Made by a program: the position numbers and the translations under genes
The notes under the pieces: generated by a model
What the model was told of the DNA's origin: nothing
Seen by the model: the letters and a program-made list of their open reading frames with translations, nothing else
The model's database searches: none
Source: Deltaproteobacteria bacterium
GTDB taxonomy: Bacteria; Myxococcota_A; Polyangia; Fen-1088
DNA: 64,000 nt
Reading direction: 5' to 3'
NCBI GenBank assembly: GCA_033763315.1
Contig: JANRKS010000002.1
Span: 224,001-288,000, forward strand
Shown here: positions 47,959 to 60,276 of the stretch, one piece after another
Position numbering within the stretch: position 1 is the first letter of the stretch
Layout: each line of letters opens with the position of its first letter

Positions 47959-48627
47959 TTAGGGGGCAGGGCGAATCGACAAGTTGTCGAAGCGCACGTC
48001 TGCATCCCAATTGTTAAAAGCGAAATATTCATGAGCCGAGCCCTCGAAGGGCGATGGGTCGGTCCACGAGAGAAATGGTTTGCCGTCGATCTGCCAGTCG
48101 ATGACGCCGCCTTTGCGCGTAACGGTGAAATGGTATTTACGTCCTGGCTCCACCTTGAGATCGCCGCGTTCGGCCTTGCGGCCCTCGTCGTGTTCGTTCT
48201 CGCGGGCAATCACTGAAAGCGAGTTTCGCCAGCCACCAAACACCAGCACGTATCCCGTGGCCATGTAGCCGCCCTTGTCGGGATCAAACGATTCTCCATC
48301 ACCGCAGATTTCAATTTTGATGTCGCCCACCGCCGTCATCGCGGTTGCATCCAGCTCCAAGATGAAATCGCGCGGCATGCGCTTGCGCAACCACAGGGGG
48401 TGGTTGAAGGCCCCCTGGGCGCGAACGGCGCCATCCACCAACGTGTATCCACCACCCGTATCAAACCAGGTGGGCCCGACTTCCGATCGGTCGAACGTTT
48501 CGGTGAAGGGCGCTGTGATCTGCGCGACCTTCGCCTTACACGCAGGCAGCGTGAACAGCATGAACAGACCGGCCAGAGCCCTGCTGTGATGCTTGGTTGC
48601 AACAGGGCGCCGCTTAGCTAAAAACAC
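47959..48627 (-). CDS. Lipoprotein with a concanavalin-like beta-sandwich
   Basis: LPAC lipobox; PLWL...GDIKIEI.GDG...GGWRNS...VRFDNLSI. Confidence 0.65.
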   Translation of the reverse strand: MFLAKRRPVATKHHSRALAGLFMLFTLPACKAKVAQITAPFTETFDRSEVGPTWFDTGGGYTLVDGAVRAQGAFNHPLWLRKRMPRDFILELDATAMTAVGDIKIEICGDGESFDPDKGGYMATGYVLVFGGWRNSLSVIARENEHDEGRKAERGDLKVEPGRKYHFTVTRKGGVIDWQIDGKPFLSWTDPSPFEGSAHEYFAFNNWDADVRFDNLSIRPAP

Positions 48628-48676
48628 CTGGGAACACTACCCCTTGGTCTGATTCTGGGCAACAACCCCCAGCCGT

Positions 48677-49624
48677 TCACGGACGGATTTCGCCGGGCGG
48701 CACCGTGGCCAGCCGCAAGTTATCGAATTGATCGAAGGCCAAGCCCCACCGGATCCCTCGGTCACTCACCAAGACTGCTGCCGCCCCGGCTTGCTCAACG
48801 ATCCCCGCCAGCAACGTCGCCCCGGCGAACACCACGTCGGCACGACGGGGATCTAACCCCGCCATTTGCTCGCGCTCCGCTTGCGTGGCCGCGCGCAGCC
48901 GCAGCCGTTGCTCATGCAAGGCCTGCCGGCTCAAGCGGAAGCCATGCACGGCCGCCGGATCGTAATCACGCAGCTCCTGCGCCATCGCTGCCAATGTCGT
49001 CACCGTGCCCGCCGTGCCGATCAACGTGGCGTGGGCCGGAAAAGGAACCGACGCGAGCGTCTGGCGTACATGCGCTTCCAAACGATGCACATCCTCTGCT
49101 TGAGGCGGATCGCTGTGGACAAACGCCTCGGTCAAGCGCACCGAACCAAGGGGCAGGCTTTGCCGGTACGTTATGTTTGCCGCGTTGGCGATGATGATCT
49201 CGGTGGAGCCCCCACCGATGTCGATCACCACCACGTCGCCTTCGGCTTCCCTGGGGAACGATCGTTGCGCCGCCAAAAACGTGAGGTGGGCTTCCCGATC
49301 ACCGCTGATCACTTCCACAGGCGTCCCCAAAATGGTGGCCGCAGGCTGCAGAAAGTCCTGCGCGTTGGGGGCGCGGCGCAGCCCTTCGGTTCCGATGGCG
49401 AACACCGGCGCTTGCAGCGTCTGCGCCTCGCGTGTGTATTCCCGAAGCACCTCAAGAGTGCGCGCCACGTTCTCTGCGCGTAACAGCCCATCGCCGCCGA
49501 TGCCTCGGCCAAGGCGCGTGATCTCCGCGCGCTCGGCCAAAGGTTTCACGATGCCTTGTTCGTTTCGTTCTGCCACCAACAACAAGGTCGTGTTGGTGCC
49601 GATGTCGATCGTGGCGACGCGCAT
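48677..49624 (-). CDS. Ppx/GppA phosphatase
   Basis: IDIGTNT, ITRLG, ISGDREA, DIGGGSTE, GSVRLTE. Confidence 0.92.
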   Translation of the reverse strand: MRVATIDIGTNTTLLLVAERNEQGIVKPLAERAEITRLGRGIGGDGLLRAENVARTLEVLREYTREAQTLQAPVFAIGTEGLRRAPNAQDFLQPAATILGTPVEVISGDREAHLTFLAAQRSFPREAEGDVVVIDIGGGSTEIIIANAANITYRQSLPLGSVRLTEAFVHSDPPQAEDVHRLEAHVRQTLASVPFPAHATLIGTAGTVTTLAAMAQELRDYDPAAVHGFRLSRQALHEQRLRLRAATQAEREQMAGLDPRRADVVFAGATLLAGIVEQAGAAAVLVSDRGIRWGLAFDQFDNLRLATVPPGEIRP

Positions 49625-49635
49625 GACCGCGATGG

Positions 49636-50985
49636 CTAGCGCAGCGACGCACGTGGGGGTGGGCCCCAAGACGGCGCGCGAGCGTTGCCACGATAGATCT
49701 GTGTTTCGCCGAGCGTCTGTGGGTTCAACGTGAACAGACCGCCGCGCGACGACGCATACACCAGCAAGCGCCCATCGGGCGACCACGCCGGATCAAAGTT
49801 GGAACCTTGGTTCTGAGTCATGCGATCAATGCGGCCGTCGCGCGTGTCGATAACAAATACGTCGAAGCGGCGCTGTTCGTCGCGCCCTGTAAACGCAATC
49901 AAGGGCTTCTTGCTGTTGGGGTTCCAGCGCGGCGTTTGGTTGTAGTTGCCGCGGAACGTGAGGCGACGCGGTTCGCCCCCATTGGCCGGCATGATGAACA
50001 ATTGCGGCGTGCCCTGGCGGTTGCTGACGAATGCGATCTGGCTGCCATCCGGTGAAACGGCGGGCGATGAATCGATGGCGGGGTTGTTGGTGAGGCGCTT
50101 CATGATTTTCCCCGTGCGCGCGTCGATCCGGTAAATTTCGGCGTTGCCTTCGAAGGTCATTGTGACGGCGATTGATGCGCCATCGGGATACCAGCTGGCA
50201 CCTGTGTTCATGCCTTGGCGATCTGAAATCCGCTGCGCGCGCCCACCCGCGGCAGGCACCACCCACAGATCCGGGTTGCGCCGCAGGTAATTGGTAAAAG
50301 CAATGCGATCGCCAGCGGGGCTGATTGACGGCAACAACGAATCTGAGCGCATCATCGTGTGAACGGCCGGTTGTGCGCCATCCATACCGATGCTCATCAG
50401 CTCCTCTTTGGGCCGGGCAAAGACGATGCGTGACCCGAACACACCCCGCTCCCCTGTGAGGGCTTCGATGATGTCGTTGGTGACCGCGTGCACCAGCGTG
50501 CGCAGATCGCTGCCTTTGTAGCTGCGGCTCAACACGGGCTTTTCACCGCGACCCGATTGATAAAGGTAACCTTCCACCAATGAGCCCGCCGGATCTTTAA
50601 CGGCGTAGAGCTTCACCACCGCTTGCGCGCCCACTTGTGACCACAGCGCTTCCGAATAACCCTTGCCTTCGGCGTGCAGCGCGGGCGGGAAGGATTGAGG
50701 GTTCAAAACTTGGAACAGTCCAACGATCTGGAAATTTCGTCGCGCGATGTTCGTGGCTTCCGTGCTTTGCGCGGCGTCGCCCGATCCGTTCGGCACCGCC
50801 AGCTTCAACAGACTGCGGTTGGGATCCGTGATCGTGATCTGCGGCAACCCTTCATCGCCACCCGCGGCGGGTGGGTTTTGCGCCAAAGCCACAGCGGAGG
50901 ATGTGGCCACAACTGCAAGGCAGCCGGCCAAGAGCCTTGCCGAGGTCGCAAGCAAGCGGCGCGTGCGTTGGGTGAATCGTTGCAT
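49636..50985 (-). CDS. tolB: TolB
   Basis: Signal peptide, PD40 repeats (SPDGSQIAFVS, WSPDG); follows tolQRA. Confidence 0.88.
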   Translation of the reverse strand: MQRFTQRTRRLLATSARLLAGCLAVVATSSAVALAQNPPAAGGDEGLPQITITDPNRSLLKLAVPNGSGDAAQSTEATNIARRNFQIVGLFQVLNPQSFPPALHAEGKGYSEALWSQVGAQAVVKLYAVKDPAGSLVEGYLYQSGRGEKPVLSRSYKGSDLRTLVHAVTNDIIEALTGERGVFGSRIVFARPKEELMSIGMDGAQPAVHTMMRSDSLLPSISPAGDRIAFTNYLRRNPDLWVVPAAGGRAQRISDRQGMNTGASWYPDGASIAVTMTFEGNAEIYRIDARTGKIMKRLTNNPAIDSSPAVSPDGSQIAFVSNRQGTPQLFIMPANGGEPRRLTFRGNYNQTPRWNPNSKKPLIAFTGRDEQRRFDVFVIDTRDGRIDRMTQNQGSNFDPAWSPDGRLLVYASSRGGLFTLNPQTLGETQIYRGNARAPSWGPPPRASLR

Positions 50986-51061
50986 GTGTTTTTGTCTTTC
51001 CAGTCTCTGGCGGCCACAGGGCGCCGCAGGTCTATGTTTTACGGTGTTCGCAAGCGTTCGC

Positions 51062-51781
51062 CTACTTCTTGAACAGAAGCGCCACGCCGCGCGCAAACGC
51101 CGCGCGTTTGTCCTCTGGCGGCGGGGGCACTTGCCCCGTGGCGGAAACGGCGGCGATGCACGAGTCATCAAAGGTGGTGTTGCCCGACGTTTTCGCGATG
51201 GCGGCGCCTGAGAGCGTTCCATCGGCACCCACCGACACGCGCACCTGCGCGCTCAGTTTTGCCACTTCTTCGTCGGAGATGATGCCCACGGGTACATGCC
51301 AATTGCGGCGCACCAGCGCCAGAATCTGGCCCGCATAAGCGTCGCCCGTAATCGCCTCGGCAGATGAACCCTCGGCTATGCCGTCCAGCTGACCCTCGTC
51401 GCTGTCCTCATCGGGCACTTGTCGCAACGTGCGCGCGCGGTTCAAAGCGTTGCGAAGTTTATCGGACACCTCCGCGTCTTCGGGTTTGGGCGCTTCCTGG
51501 GGTGCGGCTTCGGCGGCCGGATCCTCGGCGATCTTGATCTCTTCCACTTTCTTCGTGGGTTTGGGCTGTGAGATCTTGGGCAGCCAAAATTTTTCGCGTG
51601 GCTTGCCCAGCTTCACCAGTTCAGTGGCGATGAGATCGCGCGCTTCCCCGGCCGGAGGCTCTGTTACACGATGCCCAAGCCAGAACAGCAAGATGAGCGC
51701 ACCGTGTATGGCCAACGTCACCGCAATGCCACCGATGCCGGTGGAGCCGGCGGGCCGCGTCTGTACCTGTGCGTCTATCAA
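51062..51781 (-). CDS. tolA: TolA/TonB C-terminal domain protein
   Basis: TM with His, Pro/Lys linker, RRNW...SGNTTFDDS...PPPP. Confidence 0.7.
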   Translation of the reverse strand: MIDAQVQTRPAGSTGIGGIAVTLAIHGALILLFWLGHRVTEPPAGEARDLIATELVKLGKPREKFWLPKISQPKPTKKVEEIKIAEDPAAEAAPQEAPKPEDAEVSDKLRNALNRARTLRQVPDEDSDEGQLDGIAEGSSAEAITGDAYAGQILALVRRNWHVPVGIISDEEVAKLSAQVRVSVGADGTLSGAAIAKTSGNTTFDDSCIAAVSATGQVPPPPEDKRAAFARGVALLFKK

Positions 51782-51792
51782 AGGTCGTCTCG

Positions 51793-52203
51793 CTACTCCA
51801 AAGGATCGGTCACCATGCCCAGCTTGTCGACGCCGGCCTGTTTCACCACCGCCATCACGCGAACCACTTCCCCATAGGGCAGGTTCTTGTCGGCGTGCAA
51901 ATACAGTTCCTTGTCAGTCTTCAGCTTGGCGTTGTCTTTTAGCGTCTGTTCAATGGTGTCGTAGGGAATTTCCAGTTTGCCCAAGAACACACGCTTGTCC
52001 TTGGTGAGCGTCAAGATAAGTTTGCCCTCGTCGTCTGGAATGGTTTGCGCTTTGGCCTCCGGCAGATCCACGTCAACACCGGTTTGCAGCATCGGGGCCG
52101 TGACCATGAAGATGATCAACAGCACCAACATCACGTCCACCAACGGCGTGACGTTGATTTCCCCCAACATCCCGCCGCCACTGTCACCCGTGCTCATCGA
52201 CAC
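51793..52203 (-). CDS. tolR: TolR
   Basis: EINVTPLVDVMLVLLIIFMVTAPM. Confidence 0.9.
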   Translation of the reverse strand: MSMSTGDSGGGMLGEINVTPLVDVMLVLLIIFMVTAPMLQTGVDVDLPEAKAQTIPDDEGKLILTLTKDKRVFLGKLEIPYDTIEQTLKDNAKLKTDKELYLHADKNLPYGEVVRVMAVVKQAGVDKLGMVTDPLE

Positions 52204-52949
52204 TAGAAGAACCTCCGCCGCACGATGTTCAGGAAGTCGCTGGCAAAGGTTTCCATGTCGGCGCTCAAAACGCGGATACGTCGCGAGAAGAAGTTATAGG
52301 CCATAACCGCCGGGATGGCGGCCACAAGGCCGATGGCGGTCGCGATGAGGGCTTCCGCGATGCCCGGCGCAACGGTGGCCAGGTTGGCAGCGCCCTTGGC
52401 GCCGATGGAGCGAAACGAATTCATGATGCCCCACACGGTCCCGAACAGGCCGATGAACGGCGCCGCGCTGGCGGTGGTGGCCAAAAACGGGATCTTGCTT
52501 TCCATCTCGGTGATGGCGGTGGTGCGGGCTCGCGCCAAGGCGCGTTCAACGCTTTCGATGTCGCCCAGCGACGTTTCATTCTGGGTGAAATTTTCTTGCC
52601 CCTGCTCGGCGCGTCGTTTGCGTAACTTCGCAAGTTCAGCGTAGCCAGCCCGAAACACTTCGCTGACAGGAGACGGCCCCTGCTCCTCCGTAAGCTTCCA
52701 TACGTCGTCGAGGCGCTGTGTCTTCCAGAAAGAATCCAAGAACGTGCCTGAGCGGGAGCGGGCGCGGCCGAGGTACAAAACCTTTGACCCAATGATGTAC
52801 CAGGACATCACTGACATAGAGATGAGCAAGAACATCACGGCTTTGACGGTCAGGGAGGCCCCTTGAATCAGGCCAATGATGTCCAAACCGGCGGGCGCAT
52901 CGAGGAGGGAATGCAACATGGTGGAGACTTTAGTCACGAGTTGACCCAA
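52203..52949 (-). CDS. tolQ: TolQ
   Basis: PFIGLFGTVWGIM, VAPGIAEALIATA. Confidence 0.9.
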   Translation of the reverse strand: MGQLVTKVSTMLHSLLDAPAGLDIIGLIQGASLTVKAVMFLLISMSVMSWYIIGSKVLYLGRARSRSGTFLDSFWKTQRLDDVWKLTEEQGPSPVSEVFRAGYAELAKLRKRRAEQGQENFTQNETSLGDIESVERALARARTTAITEMESKIPFLATTASAAPFIGLFGTVWGIMNSFRSIGAKGAANLATVAPGIAEALIATAIGLVAAIPAVMAYNFFSRRIRVLSADMETFASDFLNIVRRRFF

Positions 52950-52980
52950 TGCCTAGTGCCGCTTGTGTTCAAAGAGGGTC

Positions 52981-53466
52981 ATGGCTGCTAGTCTTGCGCC
53001 CGTGAAGGGCAAGCAAACAGGTCGCAAGGCCCTGTATTTACTGGCTGCGGGGGCGCTGCTGGGGGCCTTTGGTTGTGATCCCGTCAATGGCGCCGCCGTG
53101 GAAGTGTCGTGGGTGGTTCACACCCCCGGAGGCTTCGCCATCGACGATTGCTCATGTGCCGATCCGGCAATCGCCGAGGTTCGCTTGTTGCTCACGCCTC
53201 AGTCAGGCACTGAATCTGCCCGCAGCTACGACTTTCCGTGCAAGAAGCAGCGGGGCGTGACGCCGTTCGAGGTGCCGGTGGGGCTTTATGAGCTGCAAGT
53301 GCAGGCCCTGGACGCTCAAGGTCAACCGGCGGCGGGCGCCGTGGCGCCGCCTCCGTTTGTTAAACGCCTCGTGTGGGGGCAGCCGGCTTCGATGGACGCG
53401 CAGCTGATTGTGGCTTCTTGCGCTTCGCGTTGTGCGAATAAGAACGGGACTTGCAAAGCCCAATAG
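52981..53466 (+). CDS. Hypothetical lipoprotein (W-C-C-GxY domain)
   Basis: AFGC lipobox; paralogous to the next two genes. Confidence 0.7.
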   Translation: MAASLAPVKGKQTGRKALYLLAAGALLGAFGCDPVNGAAVEVSWVVHTPGGFAIDDCSCADPAIAEVRLLLTPQSGTESARSYDFPCKKQRGVTPFEVPVGLYELQVQALDAQGQPAAGAVAPPPFVKRLVWGQPASMDAQLIVASCASRCANKNGTCKAQ

Positions 53467-53479
53467 AGGGAACAAAAAC

Positions 53480-54184
53480 ATGCACACGAAAATTATCACT
53501 CGCTTGTCGTTATTGGCCTCGGTTCTGGTCGTGCCCGCTTGCGGCGGCTCCAACGATTCGGGTTTGTTTGTGGATTGGCAGATCGAGGACGTGGGCCCGC
53601 CCATCAATGACACTGTGTCTTGCGACGAGGCGGGTGCCGCCACGGTCGTGCTTGAGGCGACCAACGCGACCCGCGGTACCCCCGCGGAAATTTTTAACGT
53701 GCCGTGCGCCAGCGGTAGCCTCACCACCACCCCGCTCGCGTCGGGCACTTACAATGTGAATCTGCGTCTCCTGCGTTCCGATAACGTGGAGGTCAGCTCC
53801 ATCGCGCTGCCACCTATTGGTGTCCGTCGCTCGGGCGTCTCTGACCTTGGCACCGTGGTGTTCGAGATCCAGTCCTTTCAGTCCCAATGGATCGTCACCA
53901 AATCAACGGCCCCGCAAGTTGCCGTCAGCTGCACTTCGGTGGGCGCCACCACCGTTGAATTTACGGCCGCCTCAGTGTCGCCTGGCGCAGCGCCCTTCGT
54001 GTTTCGCTTTCCCTGTGGGCCGGGCCTTGGCGTGACGCAGGCCATTCCTGATGACACCTACAATCTAACGTTCCGGCTGCTCGATGCAGGCGGCAACCCG
54101 CTTTCCGTGTTTGGGCCGATGGCCTTCACAACGCCTGTGGGCACGCCGGCTGTGCTTCCGCAGATTACATTCACCGTAAACTAG
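53480..54184 (+). CDS. Hypothetical lipoprotein with two W-C-C-GxY domains
   Basis: VPAC lipobox; internal duplication. Confidence 0.75.
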   Translation: MHTKIITRLSLLASVLVVPACGGSNDSGLFVDWQIEDVGPPINDTVSCDEAGAATVVLEATNATRGTPAEIFNVPCASGSLTTTPLASGTYNVNLRLLRSDNVEVSSIALPPIGVRRSGVSDLGTVVFEIQSFQSQWIVTKSTAPQVAVSCTSVGATTVEFTAASVSPGAAPFVFRFPCGPGLGVTQAIPDDTYNLTFRLLDAGGNPLSVFGPMAFTTPVGTPAVLPQITFTVN

Positions 54185-54199
54185 GGCTATAACCCCGGC

Positions 54200-54703
54200 G
54201 TGCTTCTCGCTCGCTCTTACGTTGGGTTGATCTTTCTCGCTGCAGTCGCTTCGGGGTGTTCACAGGACGCGTCGTATACGGTCACCTGGCGCTTCGCCAA
54301 TGAAGCGCCCGGCGCGTTTTCAGCGCGCAGCTGCGGCAGGGCTGGAATTGAGTCGTTTGAGGGCGTGGAAGCCGAAACGGTGAGCAAAGAGATCCACTCG
54401 TTTCGAGCGGTCTGCGGCGCCGGGGAATTGCGGCGTTCGTTGCCGCCCGGCACCTGGCAAGTCACTTTGCGAGGCGTGGATCCGGCAGGCCGGATGCCCG
54501 TGAACGCCGACGGCTCTGCCATCGTGCTGGGAACGTCGGGAAGTTTTGTCTTGGATCTGAACGCCCCAGAACCTGTGGTTGAGGTGGCCGTGGCCCCCGC
54601 AAGCTGCAAAGACGGCCTCGACAACGACGGCAATCTGCTGGTCGACGGCAACGATCCCGCCTGTGAGGGCAACCCCAACGGAGAAATTCGCAAGGCGCCT
54701 TAA
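54200..54703 (+). CDS. Hypothetical lipoprotein (W-C-C-GxY domain plus DxDxD-like motif)
   Basis: ASGC lipobox; CKDGLDNDGNLLVDGNDPAC tail. Confidence 0.7.
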   Translation: MLLARSYVGLIFLAAVASGCSQDASYTVTWRFANEAPGAFSARSCGRAGIESFEGVEAETVSKEIHSFRAVCGAGELRRSLPPGTWQVTLRGVDPAGRMPVNADGSAIVLGTSGSFVLDLNAPEPVVEVAVAPASCKDGLDNDGNLLVDGNDPACEGNPNGEIRKAP

Positions 54704-54759
54704 CGAAGCCCTGATGTAGGTGACGCGTGGCTCGTCAAATACCGTGGTAGATTTTGAAT

Positions 54760-55485
54760 ATGAGCGCACCGCCAGAGCGCCAGCCGCCGCTGCCCGAATG
54801 GCTACGCCCTGTGGCCCAGCGGTTCAGTCCATTCATCAAGTGGTTGGTGATCGTGGAGACACTGGCCTACTTCATGTACGCCACAGCCCCGGCGGCCCGC
54901 GACTTCATCGTTTCGCAGTTGGCGCTGGGGCCGAACATGGCCACTGGAAAATTCTGGCAGCCCGTGTCCGCCCTGTTCGTGCACGTGGATCCGCTCACCT
55001 TTGCTATCAACATCATTGGTGTGTGGTTCTTGGCCTCGGCGATGGAAGTGGCGCTGGGGCGCGCCCGGTTTTTGTTGGTTTTCTTTGTGCCTGCGATTTT
55101 GGGGCACTTGGCCCAGGGCGTGGCTTCCGCTTTGTTGGGCAACGTGTTCGTCGCGGCCGGTTGTGGTCTTTCTGTGTTGGCGGTGATCGTGGCTTTCGGC
55201 GTTCACTACGACCGCACGCCCGCACGCATTTGGGGACGCTTGATTCTGCCCGCCCGAGGCTTTGCCGCCTTGCTGGTGTTGTTCTCTCTTAGCGTTGAGC
55301 TTGTGTCGCACCGGTGGCCCGCCATGGTGGGCACGGTGGTCAGCGTGTTGATGTCGTATGTTCTGTGCGGCGGAAAAGGCGAGCCCATCGCGCCGCCCAA
55401 GCCTGCGCGTCCCAGCCGGCCTCGCGTGCAAATGCAGGTGCTTGAGGGCGGCAAAGGCAAAACCGATCCTCGCTATTTGAACTAG
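54760..55485 (+). CDS. Rhomboid-family membrane protein (possibly catalytically inactive)
   Basis: FWQPVSALFVH...INIIGVW...MEVALGRARFL; no clear GxSG motif. Confidence 0.7.
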   Translation: MSAPPERQPPLPEWLRPVAQRFSPFIKWLVIVETLAYFMYATAPAARDFIVSQLALGPNMATGKFWQPVSALFVHVDPLTFAINIIGVWFLASAMEVALGRARFLLVFFVPAILGHLAQGVASALLGNVFVAAGCGLSVLAVIVAFGVHYDRTPARIWGRLILPARGFAALLVLFSLSVELVSHRWPAMVGTVVSVLMSYVLCGGKGEPIAPPKPARPSRPRVQMQVLEGGKGKTDPRYLN

Positions 55486-55559
55486 CGCAGGCGGCGCCGT
55501 GGGAGTCTTGCCGGACGCAAACGCGCCTCGGCCTTGAAAAGCCAGGCCCCAGTCGGTAG

Positions 55560-57715
<2,156 letters not shown>

Positions 57716-57757
57716 CGTCCGGTTGCGGTTTGCGGAGTTGGGACAGGCGAGGGATTT

Positions 57758-58450
57758 GTGACGATGAACTTGAAACGAAAACCAGTGTGCGGAAGTGGCG
57801 CGGTGTTGGCCGCAATCGTGTGCGTGGGCTTGGTGAGCTTGGCGCCTTCTGCGTTTGCGCAATCCGCGGCTGCGGGGCGCATACATGCGCAAAAGGCCAC
57901 CAAGTTGGCGGAGCAAGGCCGGTGCGCGAAAGCCATCCCCGAATACAGCAAGGCCTACGAGATTCTTAAAGACCCTGCGATTTTGTTTAACCGTGCTGAA
58001 TGCCAGCGCAAGCTGGAGCATAGCGAAGAAGCTTTGGCCGATTACGAGCGGTTCTTGGTGGAATTGCCGAAGGCACCGAACCGCGACACGGTTCAAACGC
58101 GGATCGATGAGCTGCGCACGAAGTTGAATATGCCAACCTCGACGGCCAAAGCTGTCGACAAGCCCACAACGTCCGCACCTATCCTTGACGACGCGGAAGA
58201 TGAAGCACCGGCGGCAAGCGCTGGCGGCGAAAAGGACTTGGCATGGACCCCTCCAGCCCCAGCCGCGGGCGGCGTTCGCCTGGGTGCAGACGAAGCGCCT
58301 GTGGAAGAAGAAGACGGCGGCGTATCGCCGTGGGTGTGGGTTGGGCTAGGCGCCGTTGTGGTCGCCGCGGGCGCTGTGGCCGCCATTTTGATCGTCGGCA
58401 AAAAAGACACTGACATTCCGGAGAGCGGTCTTGGCAACTTCAAATTTTAA
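57758..58450 (+). CDS. TPR protein with a C-terminal TM helix
   Basis: Signal peptide, AILFNRAEC...ALADYERFL, PWVWVGLG TM. Confidence 0.75.
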   Translation: MTMNLKRKPVCGSGAVLAAIVCVGLVSLAPSAFAQSAAAGRIHAQKATKLAEQGRCAKAIPEYSKAYEILKDPAILFNRAECQRKLEHSEEALADYERFLVELPKAPNRDTVQTRIDELRTKLNMPTSTAKAVDKPTTSAPILDDAEDEAPAASAGGEKDLAWTPPAPAAGGVRLGADEAPVEEEDGGVSPWVWVGLGAVVVAAGAVAAILIVGKKDTDIPESGLGNFKF

Positions 58451-59039
58451 GTGGGCGAAGTGGGCGGCCTTGGCCGCTGTGGTGTTGGGGTTTGCGCTGC
58501 TTGCCAACGCGTGCGGCGACACCGATACGGTGTTGTTCATACGTGTCACCGGCTCGACGGCGGGAACGATAAGTCAGTTCAACGTCGAGGTGGACATCGA
58601 CGATGAAACGCGCACGTTCAGGATCCCCGAGAGCAAGACGGTTATCAATTTGCCCACGAGTTTCACTTTGCAGGTAGGCCCCAGTTTCACAGGGGCCGCA
58701 AACATCCAAGTGCAGGCACTCAACGAATCCGGCCAGGTCATCGGCGAGGGCATGATCACCACGGGCACACTGGCAGCGGGTAAGCTCAACACCATCGATG
58801 TGCAGATTGCACCTGTCGTCGTTGGCTCTTCAGATGGCGGCGTACGCAAAGACGCCGCTGTGGACGGACCTGCCAATGATGGCGCCGTGGACGCGCCCGC
58901 CACGGACGCAAGTGACGGTGGCGGCACCGATGGAGCGCTTATGGACGCGGCCAAACAGCCCGACGCAACCGTCATGACACCCGACGCTGCCAACCCCGAC
59001 GTGGGCGCGGCAGACGCGGGCGACGACGCGGCCCTATAA
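58431..59039 (+). CDS. Hypothetical lipoprotein
   Basis: ANAC lipobox, LPTSFTL, DGG/DAA-rich tail. Confidence 0.7.
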   Translation: MATSNFKWAKWAALAAVVLGFALLANACGDTDTVLFIRVTGSTAGTISQFNVEVDIDDETRTFRIPESKTVINLPTSFTLQVGPSFTGAANIQVQALNESGQVIGEGMITTGTLAAGKLNTIDVQIAPVVVGSSDGGVRKDAAVDGPANDGAVDAPATDASDGGGTDGALMDAAKQPDATVMTPDAANPDVGAADAGDDAAL

Positions 59040-59046
59040 ACGTCCC

Positions 59047-60273
59047 TTGGAGAACGCTGTGCTTTCACCCGTGCGTTTGCCGTTAGCCGTCGCCGCCGAT
59101 CCAACGCCGCCAGGGGCTGCTGGCGCCGATGCGGCCCACGTTGTGGATGCTTCGTCACCCCAGTGGCTCGATTGGCGCTGGCAACTGCGCAACCGCCTTT
59201 CGAATCTCGACGACGTGGCAGATCTGCTGGCGCTTGAGCCCGAAGAGCGTGCGGCGCTGGAGGTGGCGCCCGAGAAGTTTCGCGTGGGCATCACGCCGTA
59301 CTACGCCTCGTTGATGGATCCGTCGCATCCGTATTGCCCCGTTCGCATGCAAGTGGTTCCTCGGTTGGGCGAACTTAAGGTTGAACCGGGCGAGTTAGAG
59401 GATCCGTTGGGCGAAGACTCACACCGACCGGTGTCGGCGATCTTTCACCGCTATCCGGATCGTTGCTTGCTGCTGGCGCTCGATCGTTGCGCCATCTATT
59501 GCCGCCACTGCAACCGTCGGCGGTTGGTGGGCCAAGAAGAGTCATCGATCACCAAAGCCGATCTCACGGCCGCTGTTGATTACATTCGTCGCACACCCGC
59601 GATCCGCGACGTGCTGATCTCGGGCGGCGATCCGCTTACGCTTTCCACCAGCAAGCTGGAAGAAATTGTTGCCGCTGTGCGCGCGGTGCCCCACGTGGAG
59701 ATCATTCGCATTGGCACGCGCGTGCCCGTTGTGTTGCCGATGCGCATTGATGAGGAGCTGTGCACGATGTTGCGCAAGTATCATCCGCTCTTCATCAACA
59801 CACACTTCAATCACCCCAAAGAGCTTACGCCGTTGGCGCGGGCCGCGTGCGAACGTTTGGCTGACGCCGGCATTCCCATGGGCAACCAAACGGTACTTTT
59901 GCGGGGAGTGAATTCATCAGCGCGCGTGTTGCGCAAGCTGTTCACTGAACTGCTGCGCGCCCGCGTGAAGCCTTATTATTTGTTTCAAGGCGATGTGGCC
60001 GAAGGCACGGGCCACCTGCGTACACGCGTGGAAACCGCTGTTGAGCTCATGGGCCAATTGCGAGGCCATATCACCGGCATGGCGATCCCGCATTTGGTGA
60101 TCGACACCCCGGGCGGCATGGGCAAAGTGCCTGTGGGGCCCGATTATGTGATCGAGCGCAGCCCTACGGCGTGGCGTTTACGCAATTACGAGGGCAAGGA
60201 AGTTTCATACCCGCAGCCCGTCGCCGAGGATCCCACCTGCGTTTACGACGACGTCTATTTCGCCGAGGGGTAA
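59047..60273 (+). CDS. KamA-family radical SAM enzyme (lysine 2,3-aminomutase-like)
   Basis: HRYPDR, CAIYCRHCNR, SGGDPL, NQTVLLRGVN, PGGMGK. Confidence 0.92.
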   Translation: MENAVLSPVRLPLAVAADPTPPGAAGADAAHVVDASSPQWLDWRWQLRNRLSNLDDVADLLALEPEERAALEVAPEKFRVGITPYYASLMDPSHPYCPVRMQVVPRLGELKVEPGELEDPLGEDSHRPVSAIFHRYPDRCLLLALDRCAIYCRHCNRRRLVGQEESSITKADLTAAVDYIRRTPAIRDVLISGGDPLTLSTSKLEEIVAAVRAVPHVEIIRIGTRVPVVLPMRIDEELCTMLRKYHPLFINTHFNHPKELTPLARAACERLADAGIPMGNQTVLLRGVNSSARVLRKLFTELLRARVKPYYLFQGDVAEGTGHLRTRVETAVELMGQLRGHITGMAIPHLVIDTPGGMGKVPVGPDYVIERSPTAWRLRNYEGKEVSYPQPVAEDPTCVYDDVYFAEG

Positions 60274-60276
60274 AGC

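Noticed and set aside
59047-60273. Specific assignment as epmB or kamA
   Set aside because: Family is clear, but there is no efp/epmA or lysine-fermentation context to decide
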